Shown here: positions 21,113 to 34,082 of the stretch, in pieces
Layout of the letters: each line of letters opens with the position of its first letter
How positions within the stretch are numbered: position 1 is the stretch's first letter
Assembly (NCBI RefSeq): GCF_020745735.1
Contig: NW_026867774.1
Span: 1-64,000, forward strand
DNA: 64,000 nt
Direction of reading: 5' to 3'
Source: Hemiscyllium ocellatum
Lineage: Eukaryota
Program-made: the position numbers and the translations under genes
The notes under the pieces: generated by a model
What the model saw: the letters and a program-made list of their open reading frames with translations, nothing else
Told to the model about the DNA's origin: nothing
Database searches by the model: none

Positions 21113-24100
21113 GATGAAGAAGATTCAGTCTCTGTCTCTGTGTGTGCTTTGGGAATGGCCCGAGCTGAAGCCTCAGGGATAGGTGTATGAAGTGAAAAGC
21201 TCCACCCCACCCCCAGGTATGGAGCAGGAAGGGGAGAATAGAGGGGGCAATGGGGAACACAATAATCTGATGGGAATTCCCCTGAACACCAACACATCCT
21301 TTCAGCACAGCAAGATCCCGAGCCAAGCAGTTCAGTTCGCATTTTATTGATCAATTTGACCAGCAGGATCTTACTACCCAGAATAACAATCCCACAGGGT
21401 TTGCAAAGTTAATATTCCATACAGCATTTGATTTGTATTTGGAGAGAATGTGCAAAATCCACATAGATATTTTCCTGAGGCAGGGATCGAACCCAGGTCC
21501 CTGGCACTATGAAGAAGCAGTGCTAACCACTGAGCCACCTTGTCACCCACTATACTAACTTGATCCATCCCTGGTACAAAATATTCTGATGGCAATTCCC
21601 CCTCCACACCAACCCATCCATCAGGGACAGCAAGATCCTGAGCCAAGCAATTCAGATCAGGGTCACTGGGGTCACTCTATTGATCAATATGATCAGCAGA
21701 ATCTTGGAACTCAAAATAACAATTCCACAGGGTTTGGGTAATAAATATTCCATAAATTAGACCTGGGTTTTCTTTACTTTTCAAATGAGATGGAATTGCC
21801 CCGTGTGTCCCTGGGGTCAGATTGAGAATGTTCAGTCTGGGAGTCATGGCTGGGGGGGGTATAGTCAATGATAAACTGGTTCCACTTTCTGCTGTCATAT
21901 TCTGTAGCCCCTGGACCATCTCAGTGACAACCATCCAGGGCTCAGGGTGGATTCCAGAGCAGCTCATTGTCCTGACTGTTGTGTTCCTCAGTCCACACGT
22001 GGCTCCAGCAATCTCACTCCATGGTTCTTGTATCAGTGGGAACCATGGGGCTGAAATCTTATCCAAACAGAATCTCACACAGCAAGGAGGCTGCTGGTGG
22101 ATCAGAAACGCCTTGGATTCAGTCCCAGATTCCACTGTGGCTCTTTCATCAAACACAGCATTAGCACACTGACACCACATTCAGAGGGCAATCCTGAGAT
22201 GGGGCAAGTTTGGTTCTTGATTCCAATGTGAGGAAATGGGGGCTGGGTGTGAAATGTCTAGTCTGAAACTGGTGGGGGTACTTTATAATGAAGAATAGAA
22301 ACTGATGTCGGAATAAAGTCAGGTGTTGATGGGAGTGAGGAATATCTCAGTGATCTGTCTCCAGAATCCACAGCCTACACACATCCTTCTGTCAGACACT
22401 GAAGTCTGAGAAAGTAGCTCATCGACATCCAATATTTTTCCAACCTTCCCAGAAAAGGTGAAATATTCTCTGTCTGAGTGATTCCCTGGGCAGGGCATTT
22501 TAAAAAGGGCTGTGGGAAAGGAACCGTTGGCTCTCAATGACAAAGTCAATGGAAGGATGTGGAGCTGACACTGTGAAACGTAAGGGCGCAGAGGATGACA
22601 GCAGAAGCAATTCAATGTTGTCACTCTCTCCTTTGGTAATAATTAGTTTTCCCTCATAATGTGCTCTCTTGTATTCGATCCACCTGTCTTTATTGCTTTG
22701 CTTCTTTTGACTTGAGTCTGTGGGTAGTTCCATCAAAACCCAATCTCCTCACACTCATCCTGGCCCCTGAAGAGATTGGTTAGAGAAGACTGAATTACAG
22801 CAAGTGACACAGATATTTCTTATCTTACCACATTGAATCAAACTATTGAGCCCATTAATCTTCAAAACAGATTCCAGCATTAAAGTCACATTTGTTGGTT
22901 ATAAAAGTAACATATTTCTCAGGCTGAAAGAAGGAAGCTTCAGACTGAGAAATGATCTAACTTAACCCAGATCCTGAGCATTGGCAAGTGGAACTAGATT
23001 GCGTTGGGATATCTGGTCAGCGTGGACAAGTTGAACCAAAGGTTCTGTCTCTGTGCTGTCTCTATGACTTTAATAGCACGACAGAACAAAGTGATATCAA
23101 TTAGCACCAGTATAAATACAGGGCAGCCTATATCCTGCAGCTGGCACAGAGGGGGATGCTGGGAGGTTTGGTCAATGTGGGAGTTCGGTGAACTGTGGGA
23201 AGGAGGTCTACCTTTGCTTTTCCAAACTGGTTTGGAACTGTCACTTCAGCTGATGGGAGCCTGCACATGCACTTGGTTTGAAAATAGCAAAATAATAAAC
23301 AAGGGGACAGGAGTCTGTTGACCAGATCAGCTGGGAAGAGCTTTGTGTAAGGAACCATATCAATAGTATGCTTAGGAAACCTCAAATAGGGAAATCCTAG
23401 AAATGAAAAGTACTGAAACATTGATCCAGAGACTGAGGACAATTACTAGTTCCATGAAAGAATTGATTTCTTTCATTTGTAAGTGGAATCAGCATTTGTT
23501 CATTAAACTGAAATGATTCAGGGTAAATACATCTGTAGTGACTGTACAAATCTACAGCAACTCCCACTCAGGGGGTTTGGATTGGAAGCTGAGTTGTAAG
23601 AATCCTGATACATCAGGGAGGGTCAGTGCTACCTGGAGACTTTGTTCCAGATGGAAGGTGTAAGCCTCAGGACTGGGCAGTCCAATTCCATGTTAGTAAG
23701 GGGCAGGAGGGTATGACCCAAGAGGGGGTCAGATAAGGGTTTGGAGAATACAGTGGGACAGGAAAAACCCCCACTCTTCGAAACTCCAGTGAGATCAAGG
23801 CCAGCCTTTCCGATCCTTCCTCACCACACAGCCCCCTCATACCAGGGATCAGTCGGATAAAACTCCTCTGAAACACTTCCAATGGATTATATTCTTTCTG
23901 CAATTAGGAGACCAAAAGTTCATACAAACCTTGAGATGTCCAGGAAGAACTGAAACATCACATTCTCACTTTCAGATCCCTAATCAAACCTGCTCTTACT
24001 GTTCACCAGCCTTGTTACTGTCCATCTCTCATTGTCATGGACACAGTGGCGCTGAGCTGCTTTCTCGAACTGTTACAGTCTGTGTGCTGTAGGTAGACCC

Positions 24101-24599
24101 ACAATGTGCGGAGGAAGGGAATTCCATGAGCCTGACCCAATAACAATGTAGGAACAGCGATATATTTCAATGAGAGGAACTTGCAAAGAGTGGTGTTCCT
24201 GTGTATCTGCTACCATGTCCTTCTTGATGGACGTGGTCATGGGTTTGGAAGGTGCTCTCTCAGGATCTTTGCTGAACCTCTGCAATGTATCTTGTAGATA
24301 GTGCTCACAGCTGTTACTGAGGGTCAGTGTGGAGGCAATGGATATATGTCGATGTGGTGCCAATCAAGCTGGCTGAAATTTGACAAACAAGATTTAAATA
24401 AAATAAAATAACATAAAACAGGTTAAAATGAAATAAAATCATCAAAAACTGTGGCTTCTTTTTGATAAAACATCACTGAATCCAAAACATTATTACCTCC
24501 TCTCTCTAATGTGGCTGCACCTGTTCCCTTTCTCCAGCATCTTGTTTTATTTGAGATTTGCTGTATTTTACTCTTGTATCTGTTTTAATGCCATTGGTT

Positions 24600-24800
24600 A
24601 TAAGAGAAGCATTGGTCAGCACACTGGGGAGATTTTCCCTGAGATGGTCACAAAGCCCTTATATTCACATCGACCTGAGAGGGCAGTGGTTTAACCGATC
24701 ATCCAGCAGATGGCGTCTTTGCCTTTGCCAGCCGCAGGATAGTGCTCCAGTGTTTGGAGTGGGGCTTGAAACCTGCAGGTTCAGGTGACGGTGTTACCAC
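24600..24800 (+). mobile_element. Ancient Deu-domain-type SINE remnant (copies also at ~35740-35930 minus, ~39715-39900, ~50850-51040 minus)
   Basis: cacatcgacctgagagggcag..tggtttaac..atcc..agatggc..ggagtggggcttgaaacc resembles the SacSINE/AmnSINE core; recalled similarity. Confidence 0.45.
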
Positions 24801-25699
24801 TGAGGCTGTCTATTCTTTCCTGGGATGTGGGTGTCACTGACAAGACCAGCATTTGTTCCCCATCCCTAACTGCCCTGAAACTGAGTGACTTGCTCGGCCT
24901 TTCAAATGGCAGGTAAGGGTCAGCCACATTGCTGGAGTCCTGGCAGAGTCAGACATCTACAACAGGTCTACAAGAACAAGGCCCTTCGGCCCAATAAGCC
25001 AAAGCCAGCCGAACAACCACCTCACTATTCTAATTCCATGTTCCAGCAGTTGGCCCGCAGCCCTGTAAACCTTGGCATCACAGCTGCACATCAAAGTACG
25101 TCAATGTTATGGGAGAGCTTCTGCCTCAACTACCCTTACAGAAAGCAAGTTACAAATTACCACCACCTTCTGCATGAAGGCATGTTTCCTCACATTCCCT
25201 CTTAATCTTCTGCCATTTCCCTTAAATCTATGCCCGCGGTCATTGATCATGAAATAACTCCACATCATCAAGTCACCCTTTATTTACACATCAACCATCC
25301 TTGACTGTATTGTCTCATATAAAGTTAGGCACCAGAGGCACAGGGTCCCTAACACCCAACCTGTTTGATGTCAGTAAGTCATCTCCCTGTTATATCCTTG
25401 TAAAGATTCGAGCTTTTCTTGTGAAACTCCTTTGGGATTTTTTAATGGCACAGAGTCTTCCACACACTCCCATCTCTCTTGATGCTCACCCTTGTCTAGT
25501 TAATTCTTCCCATTTCCTTCTCTTCTTTCAGTTCATTCCATTTCAGAAAGTCTGTGATATTTCCACGGATGATGTGTACTTGAAACCGCCATAGAGAAGC
25601 TCCTGTGAAGAAGCACTTCAACAGAAGGAAGGCTGATATTTGCAGGAAGCCTGGACTGTGTCCTTGTGAACCTTTTCCAAACATTTCCATGTGATCTGT

Positions 25700-27225
25700 C
25701 AGCTTTCTTCAACTCTTCCCATTTCCTCCAAATCCAGTGGGTGGCCATGGGTCACAGCTATGTCTGCTTGTTGTCGGCGACATCAAACAACACCTCACCA
25801 GTACATGCACAGGCACCGTTCCCCAAATCTTCCACCATTACATCAGTGACTGCATCAGTACTGCATCCTGCACTCAGGCTGAACTGGAGCTGTTCATCAA
25901 CTTTGCTAACAACTTCCAACCTGCCCTCAAATTCACGTAGTCTATCTTGGACAAATCCCTCTCCTTTCTTGACCGCCCCATTTCCATCTCCGGTGACAGT
26001 CTAGGAACAGACATTTACTGTAAATCCACAGACTCACACAACTACCTGGTCAACACCTCCTCCCAACCAGTATCCTGCAAGAACACCACCCCGTTTTCCC
26101 AATTCTTCCATCTCCGTAATATCTGCTCGAACGAGGAGATGCTCCCCTCCCAAGTGTCCCAGATGTCCACTTATTTTGAACAATGTACTTTTCCCACCTC
26201 TGCCATCCAGAAAGCCCTCCACCGCACCTCCTCCATTCTCTGCTCCCCAAATTTAAACACTCCCCTCCAAAATGCAATAGAGACAGGGTCCCCCTTGTCT
26301 TCACCTTACGTCCAATCAATCTCCGCATCCAACGTATCATCCTCAAACAATTCTGACAACTCCAGCTCGACCCCACTATCAAGAACATCTTCCCCTCCCC
26401 ACCCCTCTCTGCCTTCCACAAGGACTGTTCCCTTTGCCAATCCTTGGTTTTCACCACACTTCACACCTACCCCCTCCTCCCCCAACAAAACCCTGGTACC
26501 TTCCCCTGCAACTGTAAAAGATGCAAAACCTGCCCACACACCAAACCCTGTCATTTCCATCCAGGGCCCCAGTCCTTCCAGGTCAGACAGAGGTTCACCT
26601 GCCTCTCCTCCAACCTAGTTTATTGTATCTGGTGCACCCGTTGTGGTCTTCTCTGCATCGGTGAGACCAAACATAAACTAAGGACATGTTTTGATGAGCA
26701 TCTCAGCCAGGCTCACAAAGGCTGACCTGGCCTCCCAGTCACTGCCTATTTCAATTCTCCTTCCTATTCCCTCTCTGACATGACTATCCTCTGCCTCCTC
26801 CATTACCATAAGCAATCAGACTGCAAATTGGAGGAACAAATAATTATCTTTTGCCCAGGGTTGCTTACAACCCAAAGGAATCAACATTGAGTTCTCCAGT
26901 TTCAAAAAGTCTCCCTTTTCCAACTTTCGACTCCCTTTCCAGTCCCCCTCCTCCATTCTATTCCACTTATGGACCCACCCTTCCAGCCATCAAATGGATT
27001 CATTCCTCCCATCGACTAAGCACTTCCAACCCTCTACCTGTGTTCATCCATCAATACCTTCCACTCCACCATTCCCCTCCACCCACGCAAACAACCGATC
27101 CCACCTTGATTTGCAGCTCCCCTTACCCCCACCTGCAGTTCTGAAGAAGGGTTATACCCGAAATGTTGACTGCTCCACCTCCAGATTCTGCCTGACTTGC
27201 TGTGTTCTTCCAGCCTCCTGTAAGC
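25700..27225 (+). mobile_element. Degenerate Penelope-like element (RT C-terminus + GIY-YIG + terminal repeat)
   Basis: ISISGDSLGTDIYCKSTDSHNYL, PFSQFFHLRNICS, FQVRQRFTCLSSNLVYCIWCTRCGLLCIGETK. Confidence 0.9.
27135..27173 (+). ncRNA. Minimal type I hammerhead ribozyme in the Penelope terminal repeat
   Basis: GCAGTT-CTGAAGA-A-GGGT(TAT)ACCC-GAA-ATGT-T-GACTGC: conserved core, 4-bp helix II, 6-bp helix I, GUU cleavage triplet. Confidence 0.65.
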
Positions 27226-28086
27226 CTCCATCCCAGCCTGGTAACGATCTCGGACACTGGAAGGAAATGCCCAGGGCGCAGGTTAACGTGGTGCAAAAAG
27301 CCTTTCAGCTGAAGCTTCAGTGTTTGCCTTCAGTGTGGATTTTCAGTTACTGATTTACTCCCCTGTTATGTGACAGGAAGAAAGAACACTTGTTGGTGCA
27401 GTGTTTTTTTGTAATCGTCCCAGGATATTTAAAGCTGCCTGCACAGTGCAATCACCTTCACAAGACAAAATGCTGAGATCCCAAAATCAGCAAACGAATG
27501 ATGAGACAAATCCTTTTGGTGGCATTAGTTGAATATTGAGCAGGATGCCTGAGGGAATCTCTTCAGAATGGGATCTTGTCGAGCCCCCTGAGGTGGAGGG
27601 ATTGGGGTCTGGGTGGTGCTGGTGGGGCTTTAAATGAACATCCCATACATAATATTGTGTCAGAGTTCACTGCAGTCTCAACCTGGATTCTGTGTTCTCA
27701 TTTCTGAGGTGGCTTTCAATGCAATGACCATTTGACTCTGAAGCAGGAGCATTGCCCATGGAGTCACCGTCAGTAACAATGTAAACTGTGTGGCTCTGAA
27801 AGGATATCATCTCATTCATCAAATCTGTTTCTGCCCCTCTGCAGGCTGACCAGGCTGCTGATGCCTTTCCAATACTCCCAGGTTTTCCCATGTGCCACAG
27901 CTCATTCTCCTGAAGGATAGTTTACTCAGAGTCAAAAAGTGTGGTGCTGGAAAAGCACAGCTGGCCAGGCAGTTGTGCTCAGGCCGAGGACATGACCTTG
28001 TCCCTCTGTCAGATTCTCTTCGAGAAACTCATGGCTCACCACCGCCCTCTCCAGGACAGTTAGGGAAGGGCAACAGCAAGGAGAGA

Positions 28087-28394
28087 GATTAGATTAGATT
28101 ACTTACAGTGTGGAAACAGGCCCTTCGGCCCAACAAGTCCACACCGACCCGCCGAAGCGCAACCCACCCATACCCCTACATTTGTCCCTTACCTAACACT
28201 ACGGGCAATTTAACACGGCCAATTCACCTGACCCGCACATCTTTGGACTGTGGGAGGAAACCGGAGCACCCGGAGGAAACCCACGCAGACACGGGGAGAA
28301 TGTGCAAACTCCACACAGTCAGTCGCCTGAGGTGGGAATTGAACCCGGGTCTCAGGCACTGTGAGACAGCAGTGCTAACCACTGTGCCACCGTG
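28087..28394 (-). mobile_element. Young HE1-type SINE present only in duplication unit 1
   Basis: (gatta)n tail then full SINE body; the equivalent site in unit 2 (~43495-43510) is empty. Confidence 0.95.
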
Positions 28395-30435
28395 GTGGGG
28401 ACGCGTTGCTCGCGTCGCTGCAAGTGCTGTACTCTGCAGTTTGGTGACCCACTTTGATAGCTGTTTGTTCAATCTTTGAGTGCAATTCATTTTTTTGCTG
28501 ATCCCAGCGTCAATCCAAAGGACTCTCCACCTTTCAATCTGACAAACCAGGTTCACCCATGTCATGGCTCTGTTTCTGACCGAGAGTCCAGTCTTTCAAA
28601 GAGATGAATTCAAGCCTCACCAATTTGATCATTTTAATTTTACATCATTTCTCCTGATTTCTCCCGGGATGGGGCGGGCGTTGACGTGTTGGTTATTGGT
28701 TGCCTTCCCCTAATTGTCCTGGAGAGGGCGGTGGTGAGCCATGTAATATCTGGAAAGGAAGGCGCTGGAATTTGTACAAAAAAAGACATGAAATTCAATG
28801 TGATGTCCACAAATGTTCTTTTGGCGAGGGAGCCTGGTCTGTGACTCCTGCCCCACCGTGACATGATCCATTTTTAATGACCCTATGATCTGGCTCAGCA
28901 AAGAACTTCGTCCAAGCAACTGGGGGTGGGCAATATTTATGAAGCTCACCAATGATGAAGCAGAAATAATAATGAGAAGGAATAATGCAGCTCCTTGCTC
29001 TCTGCCTTTTAGCCTCTGAGCCAGCACACTCTCACCGTTCTGGGTTTCTAATCCTCTAACATTAATTCATTAAAGTGTGGGAATATATGAAGAGGTTTTA
29101 TTTTGAACTATAAGGTCTCTTTTCTCCGTGACTCTCTCCTTTTCAACCCCCTACAATTCTGTCACCAGATGCTTGTGCTGACAGCCTTGTTGTGCAGAGT
29201 GAAAGCTCTCGGTGCTCTCTGAGGCCTCACTGCCTTGTGTCTGTCTCCACTGCAACATAAGACAAATGACGTGTTGCTAAAACCCTGTTGAAATTAAAAG
29301 CCAGCAAAGAAAATGACTGCAACAAGAATTGAGTTGGTCTTGTTCAAAAAAATAATTTTCATTTTAAAATTATATTTTTGTCAGTGAGTGACAAAGGAAA
29401 GATGGGGGTCCAGGATTGCTGCAGCCTCTGTCAGAACATAGGACCTAGGAGCAGGAGCAGGCCTTTTGGGAGCTGCTGTGCCAATGAAGAAGATCACTGC
29501 TCATCTGGTTATGGTCTCGCCCGTACGTTCTGCTTCCCCACCCCCTCCCATTATCCTTAATTGCCTTGTTCATCAAAAAGTCTGTCGACTGTAACCTTGT
29601 GCCAACTCCATGAGTGAACCTCCATCCCCATGTAGAGAAGAAAATTCCACAGACTATCAACCCTCAGCAAGAAAATCCCTCCTTCCCTTTAAACTGGAGA
29701 CTGGTTTGTGTTAAACCTGCCCTCCAGTCCTCGTCTGCCCGATAACAGGAACCACCCTCTCAGTGTCCAGCCTGTGATGTCACCTTCAGATCAGAAACTG
29801 TTAATGAGAGAGAACAGGTTACATCAGTCAGACTTTTCCCCAGAGATGATGAACAGTGTTGATGTAAATTGCTTTCTCCAGTCCGAGTCCAGAACAAGAG
29901 GGTTGTTAAAATTGTAATTCAGACGATTTCAGGAAAATTTCTTTCCGACAGAGTGATGGAAATCTGGAACCCTCAATCCAAAATAAAAAGCTGTTGAGGT
30001 TGGGTTTCAATATCCATTTTCTCAGGGCAGTACGGTTTACAGGACAAAGGGAGAATGTATTCCAGGTCAGCCATGGCCTGATTAACTGGGGAACTAGGTC
30101 AAAGCAACTGATTGGTCATTCCCACTGGAATCCACTGGAATGACTACTGGTGTGTTTGCGGCTAATGGAAGGAGTCATTACCCATAGTCTTCAGCAGCTG
30201 TGCAAGTCCTCCATAGTAACTAGAAAGCAGCTGTTTCACTGTGCCTGAACAATACAAAGTCAGAGGACTCACTACACCAGGTTCTAGCCCAACTGATTCA
30301 TTTGAAATCACAAGCTTCTGAAGCGCTGCTCCTTTATCAGGTGTACCCCAGTCCACCATCGACATTTCCACATTACTGAACAGTCCAAATAAACTGGGGC
30401 TCTGTGAGGATCGAACCAGCTGGATCTGTACAAAC

Positions 30436-30472
<37 letters not shown>

Positions 30473-30482
30473 GAGAGAGAGA
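30436..30482. repeat. (GA)n microsatellite; longer copy at ~45513-45591
   Basis: Direct reading. Confidence 0.9.
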
Positions 30483-30989
30483 ACATCTTTTGAACCAGGA
30501 TACCTAATTGCACCACAATAAAAATGCTCTGCATGCTGTGATATATCAAAAATAAGCACTTTGGTGTAACTTTTGATTGTCCTCACAGTGTGCTATTTTA
30601 TTCATGATGTGATACACGGAGACTATGTCAACGTTGGGTGGCAAAAAGTATATTTTCTCCACTAATCCCTTTCCAAAACGCGCTCTCCATCTTGCTTTAA
30701 TCCTTATTGACTCTTCTACAATTGCCTCTATTTCCTCACTCCTTTCCGGTCCCAAAGGAACATATGGACAGACTTCATGACCCCACTCTGTCTTAAGTTC
30801 CATGTGTAGTGTATTGGAGCTTCGGCTCCTCCCTCAGGCCCAGGTGTAGGGGCCTGTTCAACAATCTGCACATTGTCCTTTGTCTCTTTCTGAATGAACT
30901 GGATCAAGTTGCAGTAACGATCTGGCAACAAGGTGTCTTGTCTAAAATGTTCCCAGCATTGGATACAGAACTGGCTGTGTCAGAGGAGA

Positions 30990-31925
30990 GAGCATAGTGA
31001 TGGAAGGATGGATTTCAGAATGGAGGGCTGTGTCTTGTGGGGTTTTGCAGGGATCAATGATGGGACCTTTGCTGTTCATGGTCTCCATAAGTGATTTGGA
31101 CGAAAACATGGCTAGTCTAATTCATGAGTTTGTGGATGCCACAAAGATTGCTGGAGTTGCAGTTAATGATCAGATTATCAGAGGATACAGCAGGACATAG
31201 ATCAATTGGATGCGTGGATAGAAAATGGCAGATGAAGTTTAATCCAAATAAATGTGAAATGATGCATTTTGAAAGATGAAGCACGTGGCAGAATACCTGC
31301 ACAGTGAATGGCAGAATCCATTGGAGTATTGAAATGCAGAGGGATCTCGGTGTACATGTTCACAGATCACTGAGAGTGGCAGCACCGAAGGTAGTAAAAA
31401 AGGCAATGGCAGGCTTGGCTACATTGGGAGGAGCACTGAGTATTAGGATAGACAAGTTATACTGCAGCTTTACTGAACTTTAGTTTGGCCACACTGGGAA
31501 TATTGCATATGGTTCTGGTCACTATGACCAGAAGGATGTGGATGCTTTGGAGAGGGTACTGAAAAAATGTACCAAGAATGCTGTCTGATATGAGGGATTT
31601 TCCCAGGGTAGAGGGGTCAGTTACTAGGGGACACAGGTACAAGGTGTGGGAGGGGATGGGTGGGTGCAGTGGGGAATTAAAACAGATGTGTGAGGTAAGT
31701 ATTTCACACAAACGGTGGTGAGGGCTGGAACACGCTGCCAGTGGAAGTGGTGGAAGCAGACACAATAGCAGCATTCAAGAAATACCTGGATGAATACACG
31801 GAAAAGAAGGGAATAGAGGGATATGAATCCTGTAGGTGAATACAGTTTCGGTGAGGAAGGGCAAAATGTGTCAACACAGGCTGGGAGGGCCGAAGGGCCT
31901 GTTCCTGTGCTGTATAGTTCCTTGT
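30990..31925 (+). mobile_element. Degenerate CR1 RT 3' fragment (copy at ~46100-47035; inverted-arm paralogs at ~34115-35180 and ~49225-50290)
   Basis: SEWRAVSCGVLQGSMMGPLLFMVSISDLDE..FVDATKI. Confidence 0.85.
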
Positions 31926-32609
31926 TCTTTGGTCCCTGCTGTTGAATTGGATTCAAACCAACAATGCAGGAAGACTCATGATGAAGTGGGTGTTTGTTTG
32001 ATTTCTCACTTGTGTTAATACAGTTTTAAATGTGTCTGCGTACTTTCCCCTCTCTCTCTGTGGAGGGTGTCACTGTCATTGTCTCCACCCGACCTTTCCA
32101 CTCTCATAGTGATAGCAGTTTTTGCATTCCTTCTGTTCGGGGGAGCTGTCATTCCCCCGCCCATATTACAACAATGACTAGACTTTGGAATTTCTCCATT
32201 AGCTGTAAAACATCTTTGAACATCCTGAGCTCATGAACAGTGTAACAGAAGGGCAATTCTCTCTCCTTTTTGTTTCCTCTCCATGCCTTCCCATCTGTCT
32301 CCCCACAACATCCCTCCCTTGTTTAAAATCTGGAATGAATTATGAATCTCTGGGAGAATTTAATCTGTGGCAACATTGAGACTAACAACAACCACCTCCT
32401 TGGTGGGCTTTGAGTGTGAAGGTCAATAACACTCTCACTGGGACTTGATCTGGGTTGTCTCCAGTCAGTCAGTGTTATTGTTCTGGGGCCAGACATTACT
32501 GACCCACCTTAGACCCTGTGATCTGATTGAGATGACGGATGACCTGCACTGGGCTTTAACACACTGTTACCACAGCACAGAGTGAAATCATGTAGCGCTG
32601 GTTAGGCAG

Positions 32610-33531
32610 AATCCCTGGAGCAGGAGAGTCGACGTTTTGAGCATAAGCTCTTCATCAGGAATGGAGAGGAGGGAGTGAGGAGTCAGAGAGATAAATAGGA
32701 GGGAATTGGGGCTGGGGAAAATGTAATGAAGATTGCAATAGGTACGTGGAGGTGGGGGGTGACAGTGATAGGTCAGAGTGAAGGGTGGAGTGGATAGGTG
32801 GGAAGGAAGATGGACAGGTAGGACAGTTCAAAAGGGTGGTGCCGAGTTGGAGGGTTGGATCTGGGATAAGCTGGGGGAGTGGAGATGAGGAAACAAGTAA
32901 CATCAACATTCAGAGTATTGAATACAGGAGTTGGGAGGTCATGTTGCGGCTGTACAGGACATTGGTTAGGCTACTGCTGGAATATTGCATGCAATTCTGG
33001 TCTCCTTCCTATCGGAAAGATGTTGTGAAACTTGAAAGGGTTCAGAAAAGATTTACAAGGATGTTGCCAGGGTTGGAAGATCGGAGCTACAGGGAGAGGC
33101 TGAACAGACTGGTGCTGTTTTCCCTGGAGCATCAGAGGCTGAGTGATAACCTGATAGAGTTTTACAAAATTACGAAGGGCATGGATAGGATAAATAGACA
33201 ACATCTTTTCCCAGTGGTTGGGGAGTCCAGAACTAGAGGGCATAGGTTTAGGGTGAGAGGAGAAAGATACAAAAGAGACCTAAGGGGCAACTTTTTCACG
33301 CAGAGGGTGGTATGTGTATGGAATGAGCTGCCAGAAGATGTGGTGGAGGCTGGTGCAATTGCAACATTTAAGAGGCATTTGAATGGGTATATGAATAGGA
33401 AGGGTTTGGAGGGAGATGGGCTGGGTGCTGGCAGGTGGGACTAGATTGGGTTGGGATATCTGGTCGGCATGGACGGGTTGGACTGAAGGGTCTATTTCCA
33501 TGCTGTACATCTCTATGACTCTATGACTCTA
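32610..33531. mobile_element. Penelope terminal piece (minus, 32610-32893) joined to a CR1 3' end (plus, 32900-33531); copy at ~47720-48640
   Basis: Decayed hammerhead motif at 32625-32664 minus; open CR1 frame IEYRSWEVMLRLYRTLVR...GRWD*; (ctctatga)n tail. Confidence 0.85.
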
Positions 33532-34082
33532 TAACATTCATTCCGTGTCATTGGAGGGTCTCAAGGTGGAAGATGTGGTGTTCTTCCTCCAGTTGTTAGA
33601 TGGCTTCAATTTGGCGGTGGAGTAGGCCTAGGGACTTGCATATCCTTAGCAAGTGGATGGGGAGTTGAAATGGTCGGCCACAGGGTGGTGGGGTTGTTTA
33701 GTGTGTGTGTCCTGAAGATATCATCTTCCAATCCTCCAATGAAGATGCACTGTCCTCACCAAAACATGTTGGCAAATCTCTTCATAACACATAAAGGGAG
33801 AGAAACATTGAAAACTGTATTATCATGAGTGAGAGTCCATTTAAAACAAGGACTATGATGTTAAATGCTCCCAGCCGTAAAGAACACTGGTGTATTGATG
33901 TCATTATCTTATTAAACAATATTAAAACCTCAGCCAAACATTTTCCTGCAGACAGTGTATTTAAAATATCAAGAGGCTTTCCCCATTGTTGGTTTGATCA
34001 GTGACGTAACAAGGAAGCAGCAGCTGCCCCATGAACTCCAACAAAAGAATGAGAACAGGCTCTTCATATGGAGCTGGCTCCC

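Larger units (their letters stand above)
21240..31955 (+). repeat. Left arm of large imperfect inverted duplication
   Basis: Colinear reverse-complement matches: 21240-22510 to 54087-55065; 22510-24950 to 35580-37359 (and 50690-52471); 30585-31955 to 34083-35580. 24950-30585 is absent from the right arm. Confidence 0.85.

Noticed and set aside
10499-30243. Kappa-deleting-element-like system (lone intronic heptamer at 10499 plus downstream CACTGTG at 22133, 28357, 28380, 30237)
   Set aside because: None of the downstream heptamers has a credible nonamer at 12 or 23 nt, and two are simply part of a SINE.
32785-33444. 219-aa ORF (and its copy 47894-48553) as a host gene
   Set aside because: It is a chance in-frame fusion of an antisense Penelope terminal piece with a CR1 RT C-terminus.
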